Below are positions 8,787 to 17,531 of a stretch of DNA of 64,000 bases, in pieces. Where the stretch lies: contig CAWKKS010000001.1 in the NCBI GenBank assembly GCA_963850385.1, forward strand, positions 207,419 to 271,418, in the 5' to 3' direction. The DNA comes from Candidatus Dormiibacterota bacterium. Its GTDB lineage: Bacteria; Chloroflexota; Dormibacteria; Aeolococcales; Aeolococcaceae. Position numbers and translations under genes: made by a program. Below the pieces are notes generated by a model. That model had not been told where the DNA came from. It made no database searches and saw only the letters and a program-made list of their open reading frames with translations. Each line of letters starts with the position of its first letter. The stretch's first letter is position 1.

Positions 8787-8832
8787 CCTGATCCGGGTTC
8801 GGCGTCGGAACCGGCGCGTACACTCGCGCGGG

Positions 8833-9348
8833 ATGCAGCCGCCCCCACCGCCTTCGGCGCCTCCGCCCGCACCCTCGCCGTACGGTTCGCCGCAACCGGT
8901 CGGGTACCCACCCCACGCCTGGGTGCCACCGCCGCCCGTGTCGCGGCGGAAGTGGTGGTACTGGGGTTGCGGCGGCTGCGCCGCGCTGGCGCTGATCTCG
9001 ATCGCCGTCATCGTCTTCGTCTTCGTGCGCATCTTCACCAGCAGCCCCCTGCGCCATTTCCCCACCGAGGCGGGTGCGAGCACGACGTCGGACAACTGGA
9101 ATTCGTCGGGCAACCAGACCAGCGAGACACTGGTGATCACTGACCCGCACCCCCTGCAGGAGGTGGAGACGTACTACGAGCAGGCGCTGCACTCCAATGG
9201 CTGGAGCACAGACACTCATGACCCGGCCCAGGCGGTCAGCCCTGATGCGTGGGCGATCACGCTATCGGGGACACAGAACCAGAGTGGCACCGTCACCTTC
9301 ACCAGTGCCGGGTCGACCACGATCATCCGGGTGGTGTTCGGCTACTGA
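8833..9348 (+). CDS. Pro-rich, single-pass membrane-anchored protein, unknown function
   Basis: ATG 8833 lies within ORF 8662..9348. 'MQPPPPPSAPPPAPSPYG' is followed by the TM span 'CAALALISIAVIVFVFVRIF' and a ~110-aa extracytoplasmic domain. Confidence 0.6.
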   Translation: MQPPPPPSAPPPAPSPYGSPQPVGYPPHAWVPPPPVSRRKWWYWGCGGCAALALISIAVIVFVFVRIFTSSPLRHFPTEAGASTTSDNWNSSGNQTSETLVITDPHPLQEVETYYEQALHSNGWSTDTHDPAQAVSPDAWAITLSGTQNQSGTVTFTSAGSTTIIRVVFGY

Positions 9349-9360
9349 CGGCGTGCTCGC

Positions 9361-10518
9361 TCAGACCTTGTAGCGCTCCAGCAGGCCGCGGGCGATGATC
9401 AGCTTCTGGATCTCGTTGGTGCCCTCGCCGATCACCAGCATCGGTGCGTCGCGGTACAGCCGCTCCACCTGGTACTCCTTGGAGAACCCGTAGCCACCGT
9501 GGATGCGCATCGCCTCGGCGACGCACTCGAAGCACGTCTCCGTGGCGAACAGCTTGGCCATGCCGCACTCGACGTCGGCGCGCTCATCCGCGTCCTTGCG
9601 CCGCGCGGCCATCTGGGTCATCAGGCGCGCCGCGGTGATCTTCGTCGCCATCTCCGCGAGCTTGAGCTGGATGGCCTGGTGCCTGGCGATGGGCACGCCG
9701 AAGGCATGGCGTTGCTGTGCATACTCGATCGAGAGCTCGAAGGCGCGCTGGGCCACGCCGACGCCGCGTGCGGCGACATTGACACGGCCGACCTCGATCG
9801 CGGCCATCATCTGTTTGAAGCCCTCACCCTCGACTCCGCCAAGCAGGTTGGCGGCGGGCTGACGGTTGTCCTCGAACACCAGCTCGGTGGTCTCGACGCC
9901 CTTGTAGCCGAGCTTCTCGATGCGCTTGGTGGAGCGGAATCCGTCGTATGACTTCTCAGCGAGGATGCACGACATCCCCTTCCATACCGGTTTGGCGTCA
10001 GGATCCGTCTTGACCAACGTGGCCACCACCGTGGAATGCTCGCCGTTGGTCGCCCACATCTTGGTGCCGTTGATGACGTAGTCGTCGCCATCGCGCAGAG
10101 CGCGCGTCTCGATGGCCTGCACGTCGCTGCCACAGTTGGGCTCGCTCATGGAGAAGCCGCCGTGCATCTCGCCGGTCGCCATCGCCGGCAGGAAGCGCTG
10201 CTTCTGCTCGTCGGTACCGAACTTCTCGATGAGATAGCTGACGATGAAGTGCGTGTTGATGACCCCGGTGACCGACATCCAGCCGCGTGCGATCTCCTCG
10301 CAGCACATCGCGTATGTCTCGTAGTCGAGCCCGGAGCCGCCATACACCTCGGCGATGGCGAAGCCGAAGAAGCCGAGCTCCTTCATCTTGGCGACGATCT
10401 GCGTCGGGTACTCGTCGTCGTGCTCGAGCTGGTGGACCACCGGGATGATCTCTCGCTCGACGAAATCGCGAACCATGGCCACGATCTCACGCTGTTCGGG
10501 GCGTACCTCCACACTCAT
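9361..10518 (-). CDS. Acyl-CoA dehydrogenase
   Basis: 'GFSMSEPNCGSDV', 'INGTKMWATNG', 'YAQQRHAFG', and C-terminal 'IGEGTNEIQKLIIAR'. Confidence 0.95.
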   Translation of the reverse strand: MSVEVRPEQREIVAMVRDFVEREIIPVVHQLEHDDEYPTQIVAKMKELGFFGFAIAEVYGGSGLDYETYAMCCEEIARGWMSVTGVINTHFIVSYLIEKFGTDEQKQRFLPAMATGEMHGGFSMSEPNCGSDVQAIETRALRDGDDYVINGTKMWATNGEHSTVVATLVKTDPDAKPVWKGMSCILAEKSYDGFRSTKRIEKLGYKGVETTELVFEDNRQPAANLLGGVEGEGFKQMMAAIEVGRVNVAARGVGVAQRAFELSIEYAQQRHAFGVPIARHQAIQLKLAEMATKITAARLMTQMAARRKDADERADVECGMAKLFATETCFECVAEAMRIHGGYGFSKEYQVERLYRDAPMLVIGEGTNEIQKLIIARGLLERYKV

Positions 10519-11270
10519 GGCCGCAACTCTACGGCCGCAGGACGCTCGTACGGATCGGGACCGCCGGACACGACCGCAGCGCAGCGCTCCCTGGTGATCC
10601 GGACCGCACGTGGGTCGATGTCAGCTGCCACGACCTCGCAACCGGCACGCAGCGCGGCCACGGCCGACGACCCGCTGCCGACGAAGGGGTCGCACACAGT
10701 CATGCCCGGCTCGGCGCTGCCCGCCAGCATGCGACTGAACAGGGCCACCGGCTTCTGCGTCGGGTACACGGAGCGGTGGATGCGCTTCACCGCCCACACG
10801 TCGGGCAGGTCACGACGGGTCAGCTTGCGGTGACCCTTGGTGGCGAAGACGACGATCTCGTGACGGCGTCGGAAGTAGTGGCCCATGCCGAGGTTCACCT
10901 TGTCCCAGACGATGAGGTTCTTCACGGCGAACACCTCGCGCATCAGGTGTCCGAGAGAGAGCAGCGAGAAGCTGTCGAACATGACGTAGATGTGGCCGCC
11001 GTCCCGCAACACCCGGTGGCACTCGCGAAGGAACCCAACGAAGGCCTCGGGGTTGTCGCGGAACTCGGCGAACCAGTGAGGGTTGTCCTCGTCCGCGTAC
11101 CGACCGACGATCCGGCCGTGTCCCAGGGTCATGTGCTGGTTCATGCCGCTGTAGGCAGGATCGGTGGTGACCACGTCCACGGACCCTGCCGGGAGCGAAC
11201 CCAACAGCCGCATGCAGTCGCCCTCGTCCACGCGCCACGACGTCGGGTCGGGTCGTTCGAGGGCGGTCAT
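10515..11270 (-). CDS. Beta-class DNA methyltransferase (N6_N4_Mtase family) with atypical DPAY motif IV
   Basis: 'VDVVTTDPAY', 'YPTQKPVALF' and motif I 'VCDPFVGSGSSAVAA'. Its stop overlaps the acyl-CoA dehydrogenase start by 4 nt. Confidence 0.88.
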   Translation of the reverse strand: MTALERPDPTSWRVDEGDCMRLLGSLPAGSVDVVTTDPAYSGMNQHMTLGHGRIVGRYADEDNPHWFAEFRDNPEAFVGFLRECHRVLRDGGHIYVMFDSFSLLSLGHLMREVFAVKNLIVWDKVNLGMGHYFRRRHEIVVFATKGHRKLTRRDLPDVWAVKRIHRSVYPTQKPVALFSRMLAGSAEPGMTVCDPFVGSGSSAVAALRAGCEVVAADIDPRAVRITRERCAAVVSGGPDPYERPAAVELRP

Positions 11271-11509
11271 GGCGCAACGCTACCAGCGTTCATGCGCCAC
11301 CGAACGCGGTTTGGAGAAAGGCGCTACAGTTGCCACGTTCCGAAGGCACCGCGAGTGGAGGGCAGACCGATGGCAGCGATTGTTGCGCTGATCGCGCCTC
11401 CCACCGCCGTCGTCCCCGGTCCCGCTCGCTAGCCCAGGCGGAGACGGTCGCCGCGACCATCCTGCGCGCCGCCGCGCGAGACCGGGTGTTCTCTCACTCG
11501 GAGTTTCCC

Positions 11510-12556
11510 GTGCAGATCGATCCGCATGCTCTGTCCCGCCTGGGGTGGGGCCCGTGCTTCGCAGACACCTTCGCCGCGACGGCGCCGCCGTCGGCCACGC
11601 CGGCGCGGGTGGCGGTGGTGTCGTCCCACAACCTATCCGTCATCGGCGCAGCGGGGCGGCGGGAGGTCGCCATCGCCAACACGCTCCGCGCGACCCCACC
11701 CGACGGTGGCGTCGCCACCGGCGACTGGGTGGTGGTGGACGGCGCGGTGGCGACTGCCGCGCTGCCCCGCCGCAGCGTCCTGCTTCGCCGCTCCGCCGGC
11801 GGCGCGGCGACCGCGCAGGCCGTGGCGGCCAACGTCGACGTTGTCTTCATCGCTGTGCCACTCGGCCTCCCGGTGGGGCTTCGCCGCCTCGAGCGAAGCC
11901 TGGCGATGGCCTGGTCGAGCGGAGCGCGACCCGTGGTCCTGCTCACCAAGGCAGACCTGAGCGAGGACCTGTCCCGCGACCTCGCCGCCGCGCGCGCGGC
12001 CGCGTCAGGGGTCCTGGTCATCGCCGTCAGCGCCCACGGCCTGGGCCTGGACGCGATGGGCGCCTCGCTGACTGTCGCTCAGACCGGCGCCATCGTGGGA
12101 CCGAGCGGCGCGGGCAAATCGACCATGATCAACGCGCTGCGCGGCGACGAGCTGCTGGCCACGGCGGCCACCCGCGCCGACGGGCGCGGTCGGCACACCA
12201 CCACGCAGCGCGAGCTCATCGCGCTTCCTGGGGGCGCGTTGCTCATCGACACACCGGGGATGCGCGAGATGGGGGTGTGGGATGCGCACTCCGGGATCGA
12301 GGCTGTGTTCGCCGACGTGGCCGACCTTGCCCTCGGCTGCCGGTTCCGCGACTGCGCGCACGAGGCCGAACCGGGCTGCGCGGTCCGCGCTGCGGCGGCC
12401 GCCGACCCATCACTGGTCGACCGACTTGCCTCGATGCGGAAGCTCGAACGTGAGCAGCGCCACCTCGACGAGCAGGTCGATGCGCGACTGCGAGCCGATG
12501 CTCGGCGGGACCACCGGCGCATGACGCGAAATTTGCGCAGCCAGCCACACCGCTGA
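11510..12556 (+). CDS. rsgA: Ribosome small-subunit-dependent GTPase A
   Basis: 'VVLLTKADL', P-loop 'GPSGAGKSTMINAL', 'HTTT', 'LIDTPGMRE' and zinc knuckle 'CRFRDCAHEAEPGCAV'. I set the start at GTG 11510 (GGAG 6 nt upstream); the ORF maximum is 11330, so the start is uncertain. Confidence 0.88.
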   Translation: MQIDPHALSRLGWGPCFADTFAATAPPSATPARVAVVSSHNLSVIGAAGRREVAIANTLRATPPDGGVATGDWVVVDGAVATAALPRRSVLLRRSAGGAATAQAVAANVDVVFIAVPLGLPVGLRRLERSLAMAWSSGARPVVLLTKADLSEDLSRDLAAARAAASGVLVIAVSAHGLGLDAMGASLTVAQTGAIVGPSGAGKSTMINALRGDELLATAATRADGRGRHTTTQRELIALPGGALLIDTPGMREMGVWDAHSGIEAVFADVADLALGCRFRDCAHEAEPGCAVRAAAAADPSLVDRLASMRKLEREQRHLDEQVDARLRADARRDHRRMTRNLRSQPHR

Positions 12557-12595
12557 CACAGCGCTGCGATCCCTCTTCGGCAAGCCCGGTACCGG

Positions 12596-13543
12596 CTATC
12601 GCGCGCCCTCGATCTCCTCTGGGCGCGGCGAGGGCGTCAGCCCCGCGGCTCGCCCGCGCATCTCGAACTGCAGGGCCATCTTGCGTGACGCCTCGTCGAT
12701 CATCTCGTCACCGAGCATGACGGCGCCGCGGCGCTCGACCTCGGTGGCGTGACGGTAGGCCTCGAGGATGCGCACGGCTTTGTCGAACGCCTGCTGGCTG
12801 GGTGTGAAAACCTCGTTGGCGGGCTCGATCTGGCCTGGGTGCAGCACCCATTTGCCGTCATAGCCGAGCGCGGCCGCGCGCCCGGCAGCCTCGCGGAAGC
12901 CGTCGATGTCGCGGATCATCAGGTACGGCCCGTCGATCACCTGGATGCCGGCGGCGCGCGCGGCGACGGCGAGCTTGAAGAGCACGTAGTGGAAGATGTC
13001 TCCGGGGTAGTCGTACGCGTTGGCCACGGTGAGCGAGGGCAGCTGCATGCTCGCCGAGAAGTCGGCCGGCCCATAGGTGATGGTCTCGATGCGCTTGCTC
13101 GCGAACGCGATCTCCTCCGCGTTCATGAGGCCGAGCGCGTCCTCCACCTGTGCCTCGATGCCGATGCTGCCGTGCTCGTGACCCAGGGCCTGCTCGAGGC
13201 TGCCCAGCGCGCGGTCGACAAAGGCGATGTCGCCGGCGTTCTGCACCTTCGGCACCATGACGCAGTCGAGGAGGTCCCCGGCGCCGGTCACAACCTCACG
13301 CAGGTCATCGAGCGCGAACTGGCTGCTGACCTGGTTGATGCGCACCACGCGTACCTTCCCCTGCCAATCGTGCGCGCGCAGCGCCTCCACCACCTTGGCA
13401 CGCGCTCCCGGCTTCTCCAGCGGCGCGCAGGCGTCCTCCAGGTCAAGGAAGACCTCATCGGCCGCCGACGCGGCAGCCTTCTCCATCATCCGGGGATTGC
13501 TGCCCGGGCAGGCGAGCACGGACCGGCGCAGGCGGGTGGGCAT
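12596..13543 (-). CDS. HpcH/HpaI aldolase / citrate lyase beta (CitE)-like acyl-CoA lyase
   Basis: 'VLACPGSNPRMMEKAAASAADEVFLDLEDA', 'VRINQV', 'GYDGKWVLHPGQI'. I set the start at ATG 13543 (GGAGG upstream). The upstream 78 codons of ORF 12596..13777 are a low-complexity artefact. Confidence 0.88.
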   Translation of the reverse strand: MPTRLRRSVLACPGSNPRMMEKAAASAADEVFLDLEDACAPLEKPGARAKVVEALRAHDWQGKVRVVRINQVSSQFALDDLREVVTGAGDLLDCVMVPKVQNAGDIAFVDRALGSLEQALGHEHGSIGIEAQVEDALGLMNAEEIAFASKRIETITYGPADFSASMQLPSLTVANAYDYPGDIFHYVLFKLAVAARAAGIQVIDGPYLMIRDIDGFREAAGRAAALGYDGKWVLHPGQIEPANEVFTPSQQAFDKAVRILEAYRHATEVERRGAVMLGDEMIDEASRKMALQFEMRGRAAGLTPSPRPEEIEGAR

Positions 13544-13553
13544 GTGTCCTCCC

Positions 13554-14084
13554 TCAGGTGCCGGCGGCCGGCTTGTCCCCAGCGTCATCGGTCTGCGTTG
13601 ACGTGTCGGGGTCTTCGCCGGCGGCCGGCCGGGGCCGGTCGTCATAGGAGTCGCCGGCGCCTGTGGCGGGCGGTCCGCTGCCGAACCCGGGGAGCTGCCC
13701 GCTTCCGGGGCCTCCCTCGCCGGTCGGCATCGGGAAGCCGAGGCCGCCGAAGAGCTTGGCCAGCTCGTCGGGACCACCGAGGTCCTCCTGCACCCGGTCC
13801 ATCATGCGCATCAGCAGCTCCTGGATCTGCGGGTCGCCGGCCAGCTTCTCCTGGACGCCGCCCAGCTGGCCGATCAGGTCCTTGACGGCGGCCTCCTGGG
13901 CAACCTGCATGAGGACGGGCTGGCTCGACGCAGCCACGACCGTCTGCGATTGCTCCCGCAGGATCTCGAAACCGCGGCAGGCAAGGCAGGTCCCCTGGTG
14001 CTGGCAGCGGCAGAGCTGGCTCTTGAGGTTGTCGAGCTCGCGGTGCAGCCCGCTGAGGTCGACCCCCCCGCCTTGTTCAGCCAT
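13554..14084 (-). CDS. Hypothetical protein with a C-x-C-x5-C-x2-C motif and a disordered acidic Gly/Pro tail
   Basis: A 176-aa ORF between cfa (9-nt gap) and the CitE-like gene (10-nt gap) on the same strand. It contains 'LKSQLCRCQHQGTCLACRGFEIL' followed by amphipathic helices. I recognise no family. Confidence 0.6.
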   Translation of the reverse strand: MAEQGGGVDLSGLHRELDNLKSQLCRCQHQGTCLACRGFEILREQSQTVVAASSQPVLMQVAQEAAVKDLIGQLGGVQEKLAGDPQIQELLMRMMDRVQEDLGGPDELAKLFGGLGFPMPTGEGGPGSGQLPGFGSGPPATGAGDSYDDRPRPAAGEDPDTSTQTDDAGDKPAAGT

Positions 14085-14093
14085 CTGCTGATC

Positions 14094-15425
14094 CTAGTGC
14101 AGCGCGCCCTGCGCAGCCCTCGCGGGCGCTCGGACCTGCGCGACCGCCCCCCGTGGGTCGCCCCAGCGCGGCAGCCTCGCGGCCGGCAGCGACGACTTGG
14201 CGAACAGGACCTGCACGTCGGAGATGCGCCGCTCCCTGAACCCGGCCTCGCACAGCGAGAGATACAGCGTCCAGGTGCGGCGGAAGCGCTCGTCGAACCG
14301 CGCCGGGAGGCGATCGGCATTGGCGAGGAAGTTGGCCCGCCACGCGGCCAGGGTGAGCGGGTAGCTCGAGGTGATGTCCTCGAGGTCGACGAGCTGCAGC
14401 TGGCCAGTGCCCTCGGCGGCGGCGATCAACGCGGGCAGCGACGGGCAGATCCCCCCGGGGAAGATCTCGGAGCGGATGAAGCTCGAGGCCTCACGGGTGG
14501 CGAGGAACGCGCGGTGCGGCTGGCAGATCGCCTGGATCGCGGCCAGCCCGTCAGCGGTCAGCAGGCGGCTGCAGACCCCGAAGTAGGTGTCGAGGTACTG
14601 CCAGCCGATGGCCTCGATCATCTCCACCGACACCAGCTTGGTGAAGCTGCCGCGCAGGTCGCGGTAGTCGTCGAGGAGCACGGTCACCTGGTTCTGCAGC
14701 CCGTGGCGCCGAACCCGCTCGGTGGCGAGGTGGTGCTGCTCGGCGCTGATGGTGGTTGTGGTCACCCGGCAGCCATAGGTCTGTGCGGCATGGGTGGCGA
14801 GGCCTCCCCAGCCGGTGCCGATCTCAACGAGGTGGTCGCTGGAGCTGAGGTGCAGCTTGCGGCAGAGGCGGTCGACCTTGGCGATCGAGGCTTCGTGCAG
14901 GCTGGTCTGCGCAGACTCGAAGATGCCGTTGGAGTACGACATGGTGTCGTCGAGCATCAACTCGAAGAGGTCGTTGCCGATGTCGTAGTGCTGGGCGATG
15001 TTCTCGCGGCTGCGCGTCGGGGTGTTGCGGTGCAGCCATCCGCCCGCGGCGCGGATGGGCCGGAGCAGTGGTGCCATGGCCGACTGCACCCGCTCGAGGG
15101 TGTCGAGGTTGCGGATCGCCACCCGTACCAGCGCCACCAGGTCATCGCTGTCCCACGCGCCCTCGGCGTAGCTGCGTGCCGCCCCCAGGCTGCCGCGCAG
15201 CAGCGACCGGTAGAAGCTGTCGCGGTGGACGCGGAGGACGGCCCGCACCGGGAAGCCGGCAGTGGAGCCGAAGCGGTGGCGCACGCCGCCGTCCTCGACG
15301 ATCACCAACTCGCCGTTGCGCAGGTGGGTCAGCACGCGCAGCACGACGGAGCGGACTGCAGCGTCAACCCGCGGGAGCTCGCGCAGGCTGGCGTCGGGGC
15401 GCAGGCTGGGCGTGACAGCGGTCAT
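14094..15425 (-). CDS. cfa: Cyclopropane-fatty-acyl-phospholipid synthase family SAM-dependent methyltransferase
   Basis: 'NIAQHYDIGNDLFELMLD', SAM motif 'LVEIGTGWGGLA', 'VSVEMIEAIG'. Confidence 0.92.
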   Translation of the reverse strand: MTAVTPSLRPDASLRELPRVDAAVRSVVLRVLTHLRNGELVIVEDGGVRHRFGSTAGFPVRAVLRVHRDSFYRSLLRGSLGAARSYAEGAWDSDDLVALVRVAIRNLDTLERVQSAMAPLLRPIRAAGGWLHRNTPTRSRENIAQHYDIGNDLFELMLDDTMSYSNGIFESAQTSLHEASIAKVDRLCRKLHLSSSDHLVEIGTGWGGLATHAAQTYGCRVTTTTISAEQHHLATERVRRHGLQNQVTVLLDDYRDLRGSFTKLVSVEMIEAIGWQYLDTYFGVCSRLLTADGLAAIQAICQPHRAFLATREASSFIRSEIFPGGICPSLPALIAAAEGTGQLQLVDLEDITSSYPLTLAAWRANFLANADRLPARFDERFRRTWTLYLSLCEAGFRERRISDVQVLFAKSSLPAARLPRWGDPRGAVAQVRAPARAAQGALH

Positions 15426-16192
15426 GCGGCGCGGTGCTCCTCAACGTGGTGATGAGGGTGTTGATGGTAGGGAACTCGCTTGCGCCACAGGCGGAACGCC
15501 TGGCCGTAGATGCCACCGAGCACGCGCAGCGACATGGGGGGGTGACTCAGCAGCAGGCGGGCCAGCGTGGCCCCTGAGAGCGGGCGTCGCCGCATCGCCA
15601 GCCCGGTCTGGAGGACGGTGTCGTCTCGGGCCACCACATCGATGGCAACGGACACGCTGGTCCCGGGTTTGCTGAGCCGCCACCGATACTCCAGGGCCAT
15701 CGGCAGGAACGGCGACACGTGCATCGACTTGGAGAGCCGGCCGCCATGGACCCGCTCAGCGCCGCGAACGTCGAGCACGTAGTGGGTGCGCTCCCCCCAG
15801 GGGGTGTTGGTGACCTCGAGCACCGCCCATTGCAGCGTCTCCCCGTCGGCGCCGAAGCAGTAGTACACGGAGATCGGGTTGAAACCCCTGCCGCCCTGAC
15901 GCAGGTGGGTCAGCAGACGCACCGGGCCGTCCGGCCGGCTGCCGGTGCGCGCGGCCACCAGGTCCCGCACCCAGCCATCCAGCGGCTGCGACGGGTCCCC
16001 CGGGTAATCGCTGCGACGCCAGCGCGCGGGCGCGGGCCGGCTCGTCGACCACAGCAGGCGCCCGGCAAAGACCATGTCAAGCTCGGCGAGGTCGAGGTAG
16101 AGCATGAACACGCGGTAGCGGAACGCGTGCTCCACCGGGCTGCGCCGTCGGTGATGGACGGTCCCCACGTAGACGCAGCTACGCAGGCTCAC
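15422..16192 (-). CDS. DUF1365 family protein
   Basis: 'VYVGTVHHRRRSPVEHAFRYRVFMLYLDLAELD' is the characteristic N-terminus. It has 4-nt overlaps with both neighbours. Confidence 0.88.
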   Translation of the reverse strand: MSLRSCVYVGTVHHRRRSPVEHAFRYRVFMLYLDLAELDMVFAGRLLWSTSRPAPARWRRSDYPGDPSQPLDGWVRDLVAARTGSRPDGPVRLLTHLRQGGRGFNPISVYYCFGADGETLQWAVLEVTNTPWGERTHYVLDVRGAERVHGGRLSKSMHVSPFLPMALEYRWRLSKPGTSVSVAIDVVARDDTVLQTGLAMRRRPLSGATLARLLLSHPPMSLRVLGGIYGQAFRLWRKRVPYHQHPHHHVEEHRAA

Positions 16193-17436
16193 GCGAGCCC
16201 GACCCCGAAGTGCGCGGCAACGCGCAGCGCGGAGTCGACACCATCCTCATGGAAGCCATAACCCCAGTATGCGCCGCAGAAATACGTGCGATTGGCGCCG
16301 AGCACGGCCTCGTGCCGCTCCTGGGCGTTGACGCTGCGATGCGTGAAGACGGGGTGCTGGTACTCAAGCCTGCGCACGATCTTGGCGTCGTCGATGCCCT
16401 CGAGGTTGTTGAGCGTGACGCAGAACTGCTCCGGTGATGTGATCGACTGCAGCCGGTTCATGTGGTACGTCACCGCGCTGCTCCCCGTGCGGTGGTCGAC
16501 GACCTGGTAGTTCCAGCTGGCCCAGGCGCGGCGGCGGCGCGGCAACACCTTCGCGTCGGTGTGCAGCGCAACCTCATTGGTCTGGTACTCGAACGCGCTG
16601 AGCAGTTCACGCTCGCGCGGGGTCGCGTCGCTGAGCATCCGCAGCGCCTGGTCGGAATGAGTTGCGACGATGACCTGGTCGAAGCTCTCGGGCTCGTGGT
16701 GCGCCGCGCGGACCTCGACGGCGTCGTCGGCGCGGCTGATCGACACCACCGGCGACTGCAGGCGCACCTTGTTCCTGAAGGTCCTGGTCATCGCCTCCAC
16801 GTACCGTGCCGAGCCGCCCGGAACGGTGGACCAGCGCGGGTGATGACCCACCTGGAGGAGGCCGTGGTTGTCCAGGAAGCGCGCCAGGTACTTGGCGGGG
16901 AAGGCGCGAGCCTCCTCCTCAGGCGCGGACCACACAGCCGCCACCTGGGGCACGATGAGCCTGTCGATGAAGGTGCGTGAGTACCGCCGCGCGTCGAGGA
17001 ACTCGCCGAGCGTGGGGCCCTCGCCGAGTTGCTCGAGGAGGCGCCGGGCCTCGCGGTGGAAGCGCACCTTCTCGGCCAGCATCTTGTAGAAGCGGGGTCG
17101 CACCAGGTGCGACCGCTTGGCGAAGATGGCATTGGCGCCCTGGCTTGCGTACTCGAAGTCGTCGTGGCGCGAGCTCACGCTGAAGCTCATGTCCGAGGGC
17201 TGCTCGCCGACTCCGATGCGGCGCAAGAGGCGGCGGAAGTTCGGGTAGTTGTGCTCGTTGAAGACGATGAACCCGGTGTCCACCTGGTAGCGCCCGCTCT
17301 CGACGTCCACGGGAATGGTGTTCACGTGGCCACCCGCATAGTCGCCCGCCTCGAACACGGTGACGTCGTGGTCGCGGTGCAGCAGGTACGCCGCCACCAG
17401 CCCCGAGACGCCCGCCCCGACTACTGCGATCCTCAC
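16189..17436 (-). CDS. FAD/NAD(P)-binding amine-oxidase/desaturase-like oxidoreductase
   Basis: 'MRIAVVGAGVSGLVAAYLL..VTVFEAGDYAGGH' is the dinucleotide fold, followed by 'DTGFIVFN'. GTG start. Confidence 0.9.
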   Translation of the reverse strand: MRIAVVGAGVSGLVAAYLLHRDHDVTVFEAGDYAGGHVNTIPVDVESGRYQVDTGFIVFNEHNYPNFRRLLRRIGVGEQPSDMSFSVSSRHDDFEYASQGANAIFAKRSHLVRPRFYKMLAEKVRFHREARRLLEQLGEGPTLGEFLDARRYSRTFIDRLIVPQVAAVWSAPEEEARAFPAKYLARFLDNHGLLQVGHHPRWSTVPGGSARYVEAMTRTFRNKVRLQSPVVSISRADDAVEVRAAHHEPESFDQVIVATHSDQALRMLSDATPRERELLSAFEYQTNEVALHTDAKVLPRRRRAWASWNYQVVDHRTGSSAVTYHMNRLQSITSPEQFCVTLNNLEGIDDAKIVRRLEYQHPVFTHRSVNAQERHEAVLGANRTYFCGAYWGYGFHEDGVDSALRVAAHFGVGLA

Positions 17437-17531
17437 CTTTGGACATACACCGGTGGCCCCCCTTGCGGATCAGTCGGGCGGCCGGGCGCGGTCGTGGCAT
17501 CGGGTCCGCGCATCTCGTGTGCCACGATCGG

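Noticed and set aside
8073-9348. The S51 peptidase-like gene or the Pro-rich membrane ORF as the missing restriction endonuclease partner of the methyltransferases.
   Set aside because: The first has a clear cyanophycinase/dipeptidase-E-type nucleophile elbow. The second is a membrane-anchored Pro-rich protein. Neither shows PD-(D/E)xK, HNH or GIY-YIG motifs.
13950-15452. 500-aa + strand ORF opposite the cfa gene. Similar long ORFs occur at 18800..20302 (-), 39818..41356 (+), 45591..47132 (-), 55073..56680 (-), 31796..33676 (+), 43556..44872 (+) and 28057..28779 (+).
   Set aside because: All are Arg/Gly/Pro/His-rich low-complexity translations lying antisense to, or out of frame with, genes that carry unmistakable family motifs. 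Such shadow ORFs are expected in very GC-rich DNA, where stop codons are rare.
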